Shown: positions 1 to 11,197 of the stretch, in pieces | How positions within the stretch are numbered: position 1 is the first letter of the stretch | Layout: each line of letters opens with the position of its first letter | NCBI GenBank assembly: GCA_963704725.1 | Contig: OY969934.1 | Span: forward strand, 3,008,001 to 3,072,000 | Source of the DNA: an uncultured Actinomycetes bacterium | GTDB lineage: Bacteria; Actinomycetota; UBA4738; HRBIN12 | Reading direction: 5' to 3' | DNA: 64,000 bases | The notes under the pieces: generated by a model | Database searches by the model: none | What the model was told of the DNA's origin: nothing | Seen by the model: only the letters and a program-made list of their open reading frames with translations | Position numbers and translations under genes: made by a program

Positions 1-1
1 C

Positions 2-1282
2 GCGAACCCGCAGCCGCTGGATCGCCCGGCCTCGCCGGAGGAGCTGAACCGGCGCGCCGGCAGGACCATCACGCCGAGAGGCATCGGCGGCGAGGAGGCC
101 CTGCGCATCTGGGCCGAGGTCCTCGCGCCGGCCACGATCACGACGGACCACCCGAGCTTCGTGGCGTTCGTCCCCGGCGCGCCGACGAAGGCGAGCGTCC
201 TGTTCGACCTCGCCGTCAGCGCCTCCGAGATCTACGGGGGGAGCTGGCTGGAGGGAGCGGGCGCGGTCTGGGCCGAGAACCAGGTCCTGCGCTGGGTCGC
301 CGATCTCGCCGGCCTGGGACCCGAGGCCGGTGGGTGCTTCGTGTCCGGCGGGACCGCCGGCAACCTGTCGGCCCTCGTGGCGGCGCGGTTCGCCGCCCTC
401 GCCGGCAGCGACCGGGCCCGCCCGGACCGGTGGCGGGTCGTCTGCGCCGACACCGCGCACTCCTCGGTGGCCTCGGCGGCGCGGGTGATGGACGCCGAGC
501 TCGTCACCGTGCCGCACGACGAGCGCGGCCGCCTCACCGGCCCTGCTCTCGAGCGGACCCTCGACGCGACGCAGGCCGAGGGCGCCTTCGCCGTCGTCGC
601 CAGCGCCGGCTCGACGAACGCCGGCGTGATCGACGACCTGGAGGGCGTGGCCGCGGTGTGCCGGCGGCGTGCGCTGTGGTTCCACGTCGACGGGGCGTAC
701 GGCGGGGCCGGCCTCCTTGCGCCGAGCGTGCGCGGGCGGTTCCGCGGCATCGAGCTCGCCGACTCCTTCATCGTCGACCCGCACAAGTGGCTGTTCGCCC
801 CGTTCGACTCGTGCGCGCTCGTGTACCGCGATCCGGCGATGGCCCGCGCCGCGCACCGCCAGGACGCCTCCTACCTCGACACGCTGAACGCCACCTCCGA
901 GTGGAACCCGAGCGACTTCGCCCACCACCTGTCCCGGCGCCCCCGCGGCCTCCCCCTGTGGTTCTCCCTCGCGACGTACGGATCCGACGCGTACCGCGAA
1001 GCGGTCGAGCGCGTGCTCGACCTGACACGGGCGACGGCCGAGGAGATCCGGCGGCGCCCCGAGCTGGAGCTGGTCCTCGAGCCCGAGCTCTCGGTCGTCC
1101 TGTTCCGCCGGCTCGGCTGGTCGCCGCAGGACTACGAGTCGTGGTGGCCCCGGGCCCTCGCCGCGCAGGTCGGGTTCGTGCAGCCGTCCTCGTGGGAGGG
1201 CGAGAAGGTGGCGCGCCTGTGCTTCGTCAACCCCCTCACGACGATCGACCACGTCCGCGCGATCCTCGGCACGATGTCGTGA
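2..1282 (+). CDS. PLP-dependent (group II) amino-acid decarboxylase, 5' partial
   Basis: Frame open from window start; motifs SGGTAGNL, HSSV, HVDGAYGG, DPHKWL (PLP lysine). Confidence 0.9.
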   Translation, partial: ANPQPLDRPASPEELNRRAGRTITPRGIGGEEALRIWAEVLAPATITTDHPSFVAFVPGAPTKASVLFDLAVSASEIYGGSWLEGAGAVWAENQVLRWVADLAGLGPEAGGCFVSGGTAGNLSALVAARFAALAGSDRARPDRWRVVCADTAHSSVASAARVMDAELVTVPHDERGRLTGPALERTLDATQAEGAFAVVASAGSTNAGVIDDLEGVAAVCRRRALWFHVDGAYGGAGLLAPSVRGRFRGIELADSFIVDPHKWLFAPFDSCALVYRDPAMARAAHRQDASYLDTLNATSEWNPSDFAHHLSRRPRGLPLWFSLATYGSDAYREAVERVLDLTRATAEEIRRRPELELVLEPELSVVLFRRLGWSPQDYESWWPRALAAQVGFVQPSSWEGEKVARLCFVNPLTTIDHVRAILGTMS

Positions 1283-1950
1283 GTGGCGTCGGGGCGGTCC
1301 TGCTGGACCTGTACGACACGCTCGCGTGGACCGACTGGCCGGCGCTGCGGGCCGGGCTCGAGGACCGCTTCGGCCTGAGCGAGCGGGATCTGCTGCGCGC
1401 CTTCACGACCACGCGCGAGGCCCGCAGCGTCGGCGCGTACGGCAGCGCCGAGGGCGACCTGGCGGCGATCCTCGAGGCCGCGGGCATCGCCCCCGAACCC
1501 GACCTGGTGCGCGAGCTCGACGCCGAGCGCACGAGGATCCTCCTCGGCACCGGGGTCCACCTGTGGGAGGACTCGATCCCCACGCTCCGCGAGCTCCGGC
1601 GTCGCGGCGTGCGGACCGCGGTGGTGAGCAACTGCGACCACGCCACCCGCCCCATCGTCGAGCACCTCGGGCTCGGGGCGGAGACCGACGCCGTGGTCCT
1701 GTCCTTCGAGGCCCGAGTCGCCAAGCCGGATCCGGGCATCTACCTCGCGGCGCTGGATGCCCTTGGCGGGATCGATCCGGCGGACGCGACCTTCGTCGAC
1801 GACCAGACGCGCCACTGCGACGGGGCGCGAGCCCTGGGGATCACGCCGTACCTGATCCGGCGCGACGACGTCGACCCGGTCGAGGGTGTGAGCGAGCCCG
1901 GAGGCCACCGGGTGATCCGGAGCCTCCGGGCCCTGCTGGAGCTGCTGTAG
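1279..1950 (+). CDS. HAD-superfamily hydrolase/phosphatase
   Basis: GTGA overlap with upstream stop; LLDLYDTL (DxD), VVSN, AKPDPGIY, FVDD motifs. Confidence 0.88.
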   Translation: MSGVGAVLLDLYDTLAWTDWPALRAGLEDRFGLSERDLLRAFTTTREARSVGAYGSAEGDLAAILEAAGIAPEPDLVRELDAERTRILLGTGVHLWEDSIPTLRELRRRGVRTAVVSNCDHATRPIVEHLGLGAETDAVVLSFEARVAKPDPGIYLAALDALGGIDPADATFVDDQTRHCDGARALGITPYLIRRDDVDPVEGVSEPGGHRVIRSLRALLELL

Positions 1951-1953
1951 AGC

Positions 1954-2817
1954 TCAGCCCACCCGGCGCTTGATCTCCTCGAGCCGGGCGATCCGGGCCT
2001 CCGTCGGCGGGTGCGTCGAGAACAGGCTCGCCAGGCTGGCGGCCGCCTGACGCCCCCGGAACGGGTTCACGATGAACAGGTGCGCCTGGGCCGGACTGAC
2101 GCTCGCCGGCACCGGCACCTGCTTCGCCGTGGCCTCGAGCTTGCGGAGCGCGCTGGCGAGCGCGTCCGGGTCGTGCGACAGGAGCGCGCCCGACTCGTCG
2201 GCCTGGTACTCGCGCGAGCGGCTCACGGCCATCTGGATGATCGCGGCCGCGACCGGAGCGAGGATCCAGGCGAAGAGCATGCCGAAGGCTCCGAAGGGGC
2301 TGTTGCGGTTGTCCCCGCCGCCGAAGAAGAGCGCGAACCGCGCCAGGAACGTGATGCTCATCCCGATGCCCGACGCGATCGAGCTGATCAGGATGTCGCG
2401 GTTGGCGACGTGGGAGAGCTCGTGGGCCAGGACGCCCCTGAGCTCGCGCTCGTCGAGGATCTGGAGGATCCCCCTCGTCACCGAGACGGCGGCGTGCTGG
2501 GGGTTCCGGCCGGTGGCGAACGCGTTCGGCTGCTGCATCTCCGAGATGTAGATCCTCGGAAGGGGCATGTTGCTCGCCTGGGTGAGCTCGCGGACGATCC
2601 GGTACAGCTCCGGCGCCTCCTGCTCGGTCACCGGCTTGGAGCGGGTGCTCCCGATGGCGATCTTGTCGCTGAACCAGTACATCGAGAAGTTGAAGACCAG
2701 GGCGATCGCCAGCGCCAGCACCATGCCGCCGGTGCCCCAGATCGAGCCGACGAGCACGAACGCGCCGCCGAGGGCGGCGATCAGGATCCAGGTCTTGACC
2801 CTGTTGAGACCGATCAT
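1954..2817 (-). CDS. htpX: Zinc metalloprotease HtpX
   Basis: PNAFATGRNP, HELSH (HExxH), SRSREYQAD, STHPP; AGGAGG-like RBS. Confidence 0.95.
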   Translation of the reverse strand: MIGLNRVKTWILIAALGGAFVLVGSIWGTGGMVLALAIALVFNFSMYWFSDKIAIGSTRSKPVTEQEAPELYRIVRELTQASNMPLPRIYISEMQQPNAFATGRNPQHAAVSVTRGILQILDERELRGVLAHELSHVANRDILISSIASGIGMSITFLARFALFFGGGDNRNSPFGAFGMLFAWILAPVAAAIIQMAVSRSREYQADESGALLSHDPDALASALRKLEATAKQVPVPASVSPAQAHLFIVNPFRGRQAAASLASLFSTHPPTEARIARLEEIKRRVG

Positions 2818-2898
2818 GGTTCGGATCCCTCCTTTACCGGACCATTCGCCGACCCTCGGGCCCGGGTTCTAGCGCTCAAGCAGCGTAGCGGTAGCGCT

Positions 2899-2941
2899 CC
2901 GGTCGCGAGGGCGCCTCGCGACCTCGCGACCTCGCGACCGG
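2899..2941. terminator. Hairpin with triplicated 8-mer downstream of nuoN2
   Basis: ccggtcgcgagg (2899-2910) pairs with cctcgcgaccgg (2930-2941); cctcgcga x3 at 2914-2937. Confidence 0.45.
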
Positions 2942-2942
2942 C

Positions 2943-4409
2943 CTAGGGCCCGACCAGCGTGGACAGCGGCGGGAAGTGGGCCAGGAGCTCCGGCCACACC
3001 CCCACGGCCACGACCGCCACGCTCGTCAGGACCGTGACCGCCGTGACCAGGGCCGGTGAGACGAGCGGCCGGTCGTGCTCGGGTTCGGCGAAGAGCATCT
3101 GCCTGGGGACGGCCAGGTAGTACACGAGGCTGACGACCGAGTTCACCAGCATCACGACGGCCAGCGTCGTCCCGATCCCTCCGCGCTCGATGGCCGCCTT
3201 GAACACGAGGAACTTGGCCCAGAACCCGCCCAGGGGCGGGATGCCGGCCAGCGAGACCATGAACACGGTCATCGCGAACGCCATCACCCCGGCCCGTCGT
3301 CCCAGGCCGGCGAAATCGGCGATCAGCAGCCCACGCGACTCGCGCGACATGGCGATCACGACCGCGAACGCCCCCAGCGTCATGATCGCGTAGATCAGGA
3401 TGTAGGTGACGGCCGCCGAGAACGCGTCCTGGTTGATGGCCCGGTCGGCCGAGACCAGCGCGAACGGCAGCAGCATGTACCCGGCCTGGGCGATGCTCGA
3501 GTACGCGAGCAGGCGGACGACCTGGCGCTGCTGGAGGGCGACGAGGTTGCCGATCGTCATCGTCGCGATCGACAGCGCGGCGAAGATCGGCGTCCAGAAC
3601 TCGTGCTGGTGGGGGAACGCCACGAACATGAGCTGGAGCAGTCCGGCGAACCCGGCGGCCTTCGACGCCGTCGCCAGGAACGCCGCCACCGGGACCGGCG
3701 CGCCCTCGTAGGTGTCCGGCGCCCAGAACTGGAACGGCACGGCGCTCACCTTGAACGCGAAGCCGGCCACGATGAACAGGATGGCCGCGAACACGAGCGT
3801 CTCCTGCCCCGCGGCGATCGGCTCGGAGAGCACCCGCCCGATGCCCTGGAGATCGAGCGTGCCGGTCACGCCGTACACGAGGCTCATGCCGTAGAGCATC
3901 ACGGCCGTGGACAGGACGCCGATCAGGAAGAACTTGATGCCCGCCTCGTTGGAGCGCGGGTCCGACTTGCGGAAGGCCGCGATCAGGAACCCCGGCGCGC
4001 TCACCATCTCCAGGGAGATGAACAGCATCAGCAGGTTCCGCGAGCTCGGCATCAGCAGGCACCCGAGGAACGACGTGAGGAGCAGGAAGTAGTACTCGCC
4101 CTGGTAGAAGCGGCCGTCCCGGAAGTACCGGAGCGACACCATGAGGACGATGAGCGCCACGGCCAGGAAGAAGATCTTGAACAGGACGGCGAAGTCGTCC
4201 ACCACGAACATCCCGCCGAAGGTGGTCCGTCGCTCCCCGATCAGCGTGAGCACCGCGACGAGGGACGCCAGCACCCCGGCCAGGCCGAGGGGCATCGTGA
4301 GCCACTTGCGGCGCTGCGACAGGAACGCATCGGCCACCAGGACCAGCAGGAGCGTCCCGGACAGGATCAGCTCGGGCAGGATGGCGTGGTAGTCGATGGC
4401 CTGGTTCAT
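2943..4409 (-). CDS. nuoN: NADH-quinone oxidoreductase subunit N (second cluster)
   Basis: EAGIKFF, FKVSAVPFQFWAPDTYEGAP, RLLAYSSIAQAGY. Confidence 0.95.
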   Translation of the reverse strand: MNQAIDYHAILPELILSGTLLLVLVADAFLSQRRKWLTMPLGLAGVLASLVAVLTLIGERRTTFGGMFVVDDFAVLFKIFFLAVALIVLMVSLRYFRDGRFYQGEYYFLLLTSFLGCLLMPSSRNLLMLFISLEMVSAPGFLIAAFRKSDPRSNEAGIKFFLIGVLSTAVMLYGMSLVYGVTGTLDLQGIGRVLSEPIAAGQETLVFAAILFIVAGFAFKVSAVPFQFWAPDTYEGAPVPVAAFLATASKAAGFAGLLQLMFVAFPHQHEFWTPIFAALSIATMTIGNLVALQQRQVVRLLAYSSIAQAGYMLLPFALVSADRAINQDAFSAAVTYILIYAIMTLGAFAVVIAMSRESRGLLIADFAGLGRRAGVMAFAMTVFMVSLAGIPPLGGFWAKFLVFKAAIERGGIGTTLAVVMLVNSVVSLVYYLAVPRQMLFAEPEHDRPLVSPALVTAVTVLTSVAVVAVGVWPELLAHFPPLSTLVGP

Positions 4410-4437
4410 CGTCGGGTCGCCGTCTCGCGCACCTCGA

Positions 4438-5976
4438 TCAGCCGCCGAACAGGCGCAGGATCGCCTCGACCGGTTCCTGGGTCACGCCGAGGATCAGCCG
4501 GGGGAAGACCCCCAGCGCGACGACGGCGACCAGCAGCGGCGCCCACGAGACCCACTCCACGGCCAGGACGTCCGGGAAGCTCTCGCCCCGCCACTTCTCC
4601 GGGAGCGTGCCCATGTTCACGCGCTGCAGCATCCACAGGAAATAGCCCGCGGTCAGGATCGTCCCCACGCCGCCCGCCACCATGAACACCCGGAACAGGC
4701 CGGTGTTCAGCGTCGCCATCGGGTTGTAGCTCGACAGCAGGGCCATCACCTCACCCCAGAACCCGGCCAGGCCCGGCAGCCCGAGCGAGGCGATCGCCAC
4801 GAACGCGAAGACGCCGCCCAGGTACGGGAGCTTCTGCATCACCCCGCCGCCGATCTCCGCGATCTCGCGCGTGTGGTACCGGTCGTAGAGCGAGCCCACG
4901 CAGAAGAACAGCATCCCGGTGATGACCCCGTGGGCGACCATCCCGAAGATCGCCGCGTTGATCCCGATCGTCGTGAGCGTGGCGATGCCGAGCATCACGA
5001 ACCCCATGTGGCCGACCGAGCTGAACGCGATCAGCCGTTTCAGGTCCTTCTGAGCCAGGCAGGCGAGCGCCGCGTACACGATCGCGATCGCCGCCAGCGC
5101 ACCGATCCAGGGCGCGTACTTCTGGGCGCCGTAGGGCAGGACCGGCAGCGCGATCCGGATGAACCCGTAGGTCCCCATCTTCAGCATGATCCCGGCGAGC
5201 AGCACCGAGCCGATCGTGGGGGCCTCGGTATGGGCGTCGGGCAGCCACGTGTGGAACGGCCACATCGGCACCTTGACGGCGAAGCCCAGCCCCACGGCGG
5301 CGAACACCACGAGCTGGAACGCGTGGGAGAACCCGCCACCCGACGCGAAGTTCTGCAGCGCCACGATGTCGAACGTGTGCTGACCGCCGCCGAGGTCCGA
5401 CCGGAAGTACATCGCCAGGAACCCCAGCAGCATGAAGACGGACCCGAACAGCGTGTACAGGAAGAACTTGATCGCCGCGTACTCGCGGTTGGCGCTGCCC
5501 CAGATGCCGATCAGGAAGTACATCGGGACCAGGACCAGCTCCCAGAAGACGAAGAACAGGATGAGGTCGAACGCGATGAAGGTGCCGGCCATCCCGGTCT
5601 CGAGCAGCAGCATGAGCCCAATGAACGCCTTCGTCTTCCCCGGCTTGGGGACGAAGTGCCACGTGTAGATGGCGCACAGGAACGACAGCGCGAACGTGAG
5701 GACGTACAGGGGCAGGGAGATGCCGTCGATGCCCACGTGGTACTGGGCGCCGATCGCGGGGATCCACCGCGTGTTCAGCTCGAACTGCAGGCCGCCGGAC
5801 CCGCCGTAGTCGAAGCCGAACGCCAGCACGATCGCGACCACGAGCGCCGCGCCCGTGAACACGATGCCGAGCGCCCGCACCGCGCGCTCGTGCCGGCGCG
5901 GGACGAGCGCGATCACCAGCGCCCCCGCCAGCGGCAGGAACGTGGCGATCGTGATCGCCGAGTTCTCCCAGGTCAT
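4438..5976 (-). CDS. nuoM: NADH-quinone oxidoreductase subunit M (second cluster)
   Basis: FFVFWE, KVPMWPFHTWLPDAHTEAPT, LKMGTYG. Confidence 0.95.
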   Translation of the reverse strand: MTWENSAITIATFLPLAGALVIALVPRRHERAVRALGIVFTGAALVVAIVLAFGFDYGGSGGLQFELNTRWIPAIGAQYHVGIDGISLPLYVLTFALSFLCAIYTWHFVPKPGKTKAFIGLMLLLETGMAGTFIAFDLILFFVFWELVLVPMYFLIGIWGSANREYAAIKFFLYTLFGSVFMLLGFLAMYFRSDLGGGQHTFDIVALQNFASGGGFSHAFQLVVFAAVGLGFAVKVPMWPFHTWLPDAHTEAPTIGSVLLAGIMLKMGTYGFIRIALPVLPYGAQKYAPWIGALAAIAIVYAALACLAQKDLKRLIAFSSVGHMGFVMLGIATLTTIGINAAIFGMVAHGVITGMLFFCVGSLYDRYHTREIAEIGGGVMQKLPYLGGVFAFVAIASLGLPGLAGFWGEVMALLSSYNPMATLNTGLFRVFMVAGGVGTILTAGYFLWMLQRVNMGTLPEKWRGESFPDVLAVEWVSWAPLLVAVVALGVFPRLILGVTQEPVEAILRLFGG

Positions 5977-5994
5977 CGGTCTCTCTTCTCCCTC

Positions 5995-7980
5995 TCAGAT
6001 CCTCGTGAAGACGACGGCCAGGATCACCACGCCGGTGAACAGGAACGCCGCGTAGCGCTGCACGTTGCCCGACTGGACGTACCGCAGGAGCCCGCCGGTG
6101 AAGCCGGCGAGGTTGGCCGCGCCGTTGACGGCTCCGTCGATCACGTTCCGGTCGATCCAGGAGATCGCGCCCGCGAACGCACGAGCCAGCGCGGCCATGC
6201 CGTTCACGACGCCGTCGAGCACGTTCTGGTTGGTCCAGTAGACGGCGGCCGCGACCTCGTCCCGGATCGGCCGGATGACGCCCTTCCAGTAGACGTCGTC
6301 CAGGTAGTACTTGTTCTCCAGGAGCGTGTAGCCCGGTCCCAGCGACCGGATCGGGTCGCGCTCCTTCCACTCGCGATACACGAGATAGCCGCCTCCGACC
6401 CCGATCGCGACGACGCCGATCGAGAGCGCGGCGATCCACGGCACGAACTCGACGGCCTCGGGCTCGTGCAGGAACACCCAGTCGAAGAACGGCGCCCCGA
6501 GGGCCCCGGCTCCCAGCAGCCCGACGAACACCGTGGCCGTCCCCAGCGCGACGAGCGGACCGGTCATCGAGACCGGCGATTCGTGGGGGTGGCCTTCGCC
6601 CCGGTACGTGCCGAAGAAGGTCTGCATGACCATCCGCGTGGTGTAGAAGGCGGTCAGGATCGCCGTCAGCACCATCACGGCGAAGAGGATCTCGTGGCCG
6701 TGCGACGCGCCGACGAGCAGCTCGTCCTTCGACCAGAAGCCCGAGAGCGGAGGGATCCCGGCCAACGCGGCCGAGCCGACGAGGAACGTCCAGAACGTGA
6801 CCGGCATCGGCTTCCGCAGCCCGCCCATCTCGCTCATGTCGTTGGTGTGGCAGGCGTGGATCACGGACCCCGAGCCGAGGAACAGCAGGGCCTTGAAGAA
6901 GGCGTGGGTGAACAGGTGGAAGAAGGCGGCGTCTCGGCCGGCCACGCCGACCGACATGATCGCCACCATGTAGGCGAGCTGTGACACCGTCGAGTACGCC
7001 AGCACACGCTTCACGTCGTTCTGCACCAACGCGAGGAGTGCCGCGCCCAGCATCGTGATGCCCCCGACGATGCCGACGACCTGGAGCACGTAGGGCTGGG
7101 CGTTGACGAAGACCTCGAACATCCGTCCCACCAGGTAGACGCCGGCCGCGACCATCGTCGCGGCGTGGATCAGGGCCGACACGGGCGTGGGGCCGGCCAT
7201 GGCATCCGGGAGCCAGACGTGCAGCGGGAACTGGGCCGACTTGCCGATCGTGCCGCCGAACAGCAGGAGCGCCGCCAGCGAGACGAGCCCCACCGACAGC
7301 CTCCCGCCGGCCACGATCTCCCCGATCTCGCGGATGTTGGAGGTTCGGAACCCGGTCGCGGCCACCAGCACGAAGATCCCGAACATGAACGGGACGTCGC
7401 CGATGCGCGTCGTGATGAAGGCCTTGATAGCGGAGCCGGAGTTGACGGCGTCCTCCCACCAGTGCCCGATCAGCAGGTAGGAGCAGACCCCCATGATCTC
7501 CCAGCCCACGAGGAGCTGGAACAGGTTGTTGGCGACGACGACGTTCAGCATGGCGCCGGTGAACAGCGACAGCACCACGAAGAACCACGTGTAGCGCTGG
7601 TCTCCGTGCATGTAGCCGACCGAGTACACGTGGACGCAGAGCGACACGCCCGTGACGACGATGAGCATCACGGCGGTGAGCCCGTCGACGAGCTGCCCCA
7701 GCTCCATCCGGAGCGGACCGATCTGGAACCAGCTCACCGAGCTCTCGTACGTGGCGCCGCCGTGCTGCACGAACTGCCACAGCACACCGATCGACATCAG
7801 GAAGCAGACGCCGACCGCCGTGATCCCGTAGACGGCCCCCTTGCCCGGGGTCCGCTTCCCCACGAACAGCGTGAGCGCCGCCGAGACGAACGGCAGCACG
7901 ATGATCAGCCAGGCGTGGTCGACGAACCAGTTCGGGGCGGCCACGGCTTGCTCGGCCTGCAGGAGGGTCGCGCCTACCAC
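5995..7980 (-). CDS. nuoL: NADH-quinone oxidoreductase subunit L (second cluster)
   Basis: [42 protein letters not shown]; exact start uncertain. Confidence 0.95.
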   Translation of the reverse strand: MVGATLLQAEQAVAAPNWFVDHAWLIIVLPFVSAALTLFVGKRTPGKGAVYGITAVGVCFLMSIGVLWQFVQHGGATYESSVSWFQIGPLRMELGQLVDGLTAVMLIVVTGVSLCVHVYSVGYMHGDQRYTWFFVVLSLFTGAMLNVVVANNLFQLLVGWEIMGVCSYLLIGHWWEDAVNSGSAIKAFITTRIGDVPFMFGIFVLVAATGFRTSNIREIGEIVAGGRLSVGLVSLAALLLFGGTIGKSAQFPLHVWLPDAMAGPTPVSALIHAATMVAAGVYLVGRMFEVFVNAQPYVLQVVGIVGGITMLGAALLALVQNDVKRVLAYSTVSQLAYMVAIMSVGVAGRDAAFFHLFTHAFFKALLFLGSGSVIHACHTNDMSEMGGLRKPMPVTFWTFLVGSAALAGIPPLSGFWSKDELLVGASHGHEILFAVMVLTAILTAFYTTRMVMQTFFGTYRGEGHPHESPVSMTGPLVALGTATVFVGLLGAGALGAPFFDWVFLHEPEAVEFVPWIAALSIGVVAIGVGGGYLVYREWKERDPIRSLGPGYTLLENKYYLDDVYWKGVIRPIRDEVAAAVYWTNQNVLDGVVNGMAALARAFAGAISWIDRNVIDGAVNGAANLAGFTGGLLRYVQSGNVQRYAAFLFTGVVILAVVFTRI

Positions 7981-8276
7981 TTGAGGAGGTTCACCTCGTC
8001 CACGTTGATCGTCTCGCGGTTGCGATAGATCAGGATCACGATCGCGAGCCCGATGCCCACCTCGGCGGCGGCCACGGCGATCACGAACAGCGCGAACACC
8101 TGCCCGGTGAGGTCGCCGAGCGCCTGGCTGAACGCGATGAGGTTGACGTTGACCGCGTTCAGCATCAGCTCGATCGACATGAGCACGAGCACGGCGTTGC
8201 GACGGGCCAGCACGCCGTACACGCCCGTGCCGAACAGGACGGCCGAGAACGTCAGCGGCAGGAAGAGACGGATCAC
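7974..8276 (-). CDS. nuoK: NADH-quinone oxidoreductase subunit K (second cluster)
   Basis: [21 protein letters not shown]; GTG overlaps nuoJ stop. Confidence 0.93.
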   Translation of the reverse strand: MIRLFLPLTFSAVLFGTGVYGVLARRNAVLVLMSIELMLNAVNVNLIAFSQALGDLTGQVFALFVIAVAAAEVGIGLAIVILIYRNRETINVDEVNLLKW

Positions 8277-8773
8277 GTCCGGTCGTCCCTGCGCGAGAGC
8301 ACGATCGCGCCGATCAGGGCCGCGAGCAACAGGAACGAGATGACCTCGAACGGCAGCACGAAGTCGCTGAAGATCGACAGGCCGACGCTGGCCGCGCTGC
8401 CCCCGCTCGGATCGATCCGCGGGCCGTCCCACGGGAACGCTCCCTGGATCATGAAGATGAGGCCCGCCACGATCGCCAGGCCCACCAGGAACGCGACGCT
8501 CCGCCGCTGGTTGTCGAGCGCCTCCCGCCCGATCGGCGCCTTGGTCAGCATGAGCCCGAACAGGAACAGGATCACGATCGCGCCGACGTAGATCAGGATC
8601 TGCACCCACGCCACGAACTCCGCCGACAGCAACAGGTATACCCCCGCCACCATCGAGAGCGTCAGCACGAGATACAGCGCGGCATGCACCACGTTCCGCG
8701 CCGTCACCAGCCGGAACGCCGCAACGACCCCCACCAACCCCATCACGACGAACGCGTACTCCTGCCCGCTCAC
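8273..8773 (-). CDS. nuoJ: NADH-quinone oxidoreductase subunit J (second cluster)
   Basis: [30 protein letters not shown]. Confidence 0.93.
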   Translation of the reverse strand: MSGQEYAFVVMGLVGVVAAFRLVTARNVVHAALYLVLTLSMVAGVYLLLSAEFVAWVQILIYVGAIVILFLFGLMLTKAPIGREALDNQRRSVAFLVGLAIVAGLIFMIQGAFPWDGPRIDPSGGSAASVGLSIFSDFVLPFEVISFLLLAALIGAIVLSRRDDRT

Positions 8774-9663
8774 GCCCCACCGGCCTTCTTCCGAGCCGCG
8801 ATCATCGCCGCCCGCTTCGCCGACCCCTCGGCCACCCGCCGGTCCTTCCCCTGCCCCAACTGCTCGGCGAGCACCCGCTCGTACGTCTCCTGATCCGGCT
8901 CCACCTCGGCGTGGGGAGCCGCAGCGGCCGCTGGTGGTCCCACCGCTGCTGGTGACGGAGCGTCCTGCGCGGGCGCGGTGGCGCCCGGAGCGACTGCGGG
9001 TGCCGGCGCCGAGGCTTGCGGTGGAACGGTCGGCGCAGGGGTGGTGGCGGAGGGCGACTGTGAGGCGGCTACGACCGCCGGTGCGGCCGCGGACGGTGGC
9101 GCCGCCGCCGAACCGGAGCCCGCAGCCGCCACCCCGGAGCCGTCGGCCGGACCTGTCTCGACAACCGCCCCCACCTCGAGAGCGGGAGGCGGGAGGACCG
9201 TGTACGTCCACTCCTCCAGCTTCTCCTTCTCGTGCGTGAGGAGGTCGATCTCGTACTCCGCGTACTCGAACTCGGGGCTCCAGAAGAGCGCGTCGAACGG
9301 GCACACCTCGACGCAGATGCCGCAGTACATGCAGAGCGCGTAGTCGATGGCGAACCGGTCGAGCACCTTGGCCGACCGGGCCTTGCCGCCCGAGGCCGGA
9401 TCGTGCGTCTCCTTGTGGGCGTCGATGTAGATGCACCAGTCCGGGCATTCGCGCGAGCACTTGTAGCAGACGGTGCAGTTGGCCTGCTTCAGCGCGATCA
9501 CGCCGCGGGTGCGGGGGGGCAGGTCCGGCTTGACCTCCGGGTACTGCTGGGTGATCGAGCGCCGGAGGGCGTGCTTCAGCGTGACGGCGAGACCCTTGAC
9601 CAGGCCGAGGCCCGTGCCCTGCACGTCGGGCGAGCTCAGCGTGTCCCTCTCTTCGATGGCCAC
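8770..9663 (-). CDS. nuoI: NADH-quinone oxidoreductase subunit I (second cluster) with Ala/Pro linker and C-terminal ~40-aa extra module
   Basis: [12 protein letters not shown] and [12 protein letters not shown]; GGAGG RBS before GTG 9663; ~130-aa C-terminal extension. Confidence 0.92.
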   Translation of the reverse strand: MAIEERDTLSSPDVQGTGLGLVKGLAVTLKHALRRSITQQYPEVKPDLPPRTRGVIALKQANCTVCYKCSRECPDWCIYIDAHKETHDPASGGKARSAKVLDRFAIDYALCMYCGICVEVCPFDALFWSPEFEYAEYEIDLLTHEKEKLEEWTYTVLPPPALEVGAVVETGPADGSGVAAAGSGSAAAPPSAAAPAVVAASQSPSATTPAPTVPPQASAPAPAVAPGATAPAQDAPSPAAVGPPAAAAAPHAEVEPDQETYERVLAEQLGQGKDRRVAEGSAKRAAMIAARKKAGGA

Positions 9664-9671
9664 TCCGCCTC

Positions 9672-10679
9672 CTACACCGCGACCTTCACGACGCCCACGA
9701 CCAGCACCTGCAGCAGGGCCAGCGGGATCAGCGCGAGCCAGGACCCGCGCTGGAGCTGATCCTCGCGCATCCGGGGATAGGTCGCCCGCAGCCAGATCAC
9801 GAAGAACGACAGCGCGCCGATCTTCGCGGCCATCCACAGCGGGTCCGGGATGAACGCCAGGACCGGCGGCGCCTGGTACCCGCCCAGGTACAGCACCGAG
9901 GCCACGGCGGACAGGGCGACGATCCCGCCGTACTCGGCCAGCAGGAAGAACGCGAACTTCAGGCCGGTGTACTCGGTGAGGGCGCCGAAGATGATCTCGG
10001 AGTCGGCGACCGGCATGTCGAAGGGCGGGCGCGTGAGCTCGGCCAGCGCCGCGACGACGAAGATGGCGAACCCGATGGGCTGGGTGAGGACGAACCAGTA
10101 TCGCTGCTGGGCCTCGACGATCCCGATCATCGAGAGCGTCCCTGCCTGCATCACCACGGAGGCCGCCGCGAGCACGATCGGCAGCTCGTACGCGATCAGC
10201 TGCGCGGCGGCGCGGAGCGCCCCGATCAGGGAGAACTTGTTGGCCGAGGCCCATCCCGCCATCAGCACGCCGATCACGTTCACCGACGTGATCGCGATGA
10301 CGAAGAAGATCCCGACGTCCAGGTTCAGGATGAAGATCTCGTTCGAGAACGGGATCACCACGAACAGCACGATGTACGGAATCAGGGCGACCGCCGGCGC
10401 CAGCGAGAAGACCCAGTGGTCGGCCGCCGCCGGGACGATGTCCTCCTTCTGCACGAACTTCACGCCGTCGGCCACGAGCTGGGCCCACCCGTGGAACCGC
10501 CCCGCGTACATCGGTCCCAGGCGAGCCTGCATGTGCGCCAGCACCTTGTGCTCCATGTAGCCGACGCCGAGCGGGGCCACGAGGAAGAACACGAGGACGA
10601 TCGCGGCCTTGACGACGAGCACCATCCAGTACGCGCCGAGCCACTGGTCGACGAAGCTCACCCCGGCCTCCCCGATCAC
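9672..10679 (-). CDS. nuoH: NADH-quinone oxidoreductase subunit H (second cluster)
   Basis: [36 protein letters not shown]; alternative GTG start at 10661. Confidence 0.95.
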   Translation of the reverse strand: MIGEAGVSFVDQWLGAYWMVLVVKAAIVLVFFLVAPLGVGYMEHKVLAHMQARLGPMYAGRFHGWAQLVADGVKFVQKEDIVPAAADHWVFSLAPAVALIPYIVLFVVIPFSNEIFILNLDVGIFFVIAITSVNVIGVLMAGWASANKFSLIGALRAAAQLIAYELPIVLAAASVVMQAGTLSMIGIVEAQQRYWFVLTQPIGFAIFVVAALAELTRPPFDMPVADSEIIFGALTEYTGLKFAFFLLAEYGGIVALSAVASVLYLGGYQAPPVLAFIPDPLWMAAKIGALSFFVIWLRATYPRMREDQLQRGSWLALIPLALLQVLVVGVVKVAV

Positions 10680-11197
10680 TCCTCCTCTTCCTCCTCGCCC
10701 TCCGCGGCGCCCGGCCAGGGCTTGACCACGCGGGACATCAGGGGGAAGTCCTTGCGGAGCGGGTGGCCCTCGAAGGGCTCGGGCAGGAGCAGGCGGACCG
10801 GTTGGGGATGACCCTCGAACGTGACGCCGAACATCTCCATCGTCTCGCGCTCGTGCCAGTTGGCGGCGGGGTAGATGTCCGAGATCGTGGGGCAGACGAG
10901 ATCGTCCGCCGGCAGCCGCACCTTGACGCGGACGTTGTGGTGCAGGCGCGTCGAGAAGACGTGGGTCACGATGTCCATCCCCGCGTCGCCGCGGTCGACG
11001 CCGGAGGTGAAGTCGCAGTAGTCGCAGGCGAACTCGGGCTCGTCGCGTAGGAAGGTCATCAGCTCCCGGTACCGCGAGACGCTCACCGTCACGACCGGGT
11101 GGCCGAACGAGTCCTCGAAGGCGAGGACGTCGTCGCCGAACTGCGCCCGGAGGCGCGTCTCGACCTCAGGAGGTGGCAGCGGGCGTGAGCTTGCCAC
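10676..11197 (-). CDS. nuoC: NADH-quinone oxidoreductase subunit C (second cluster)
   Basis: [29 protein letters not shown]; no NuoD domain fused. Confidence 0.92.
   Translation of the reverse strand: MASSRPLPPPEVETRLRAQFGDDVLAFEDSFGHPVVTVSVSRYRELMTFLRDEPEFACDYCDFTSGVDRGDAGMDIVTHVFSTRLHHNVRVKVRLPADDLVCPTISDIYPAANWHERETMEMFGVTFEGHPQPVRLLLPEPFEGHPLRKDFPLMSRVVKPWPGAAEGEEEEEE

Noticed and set aside
2860-2880. GCTCAAG resembling an HspR (HAIR) half-site upstream of htpX
   Set aside because: No matching CTTGAGT half at the required spacing
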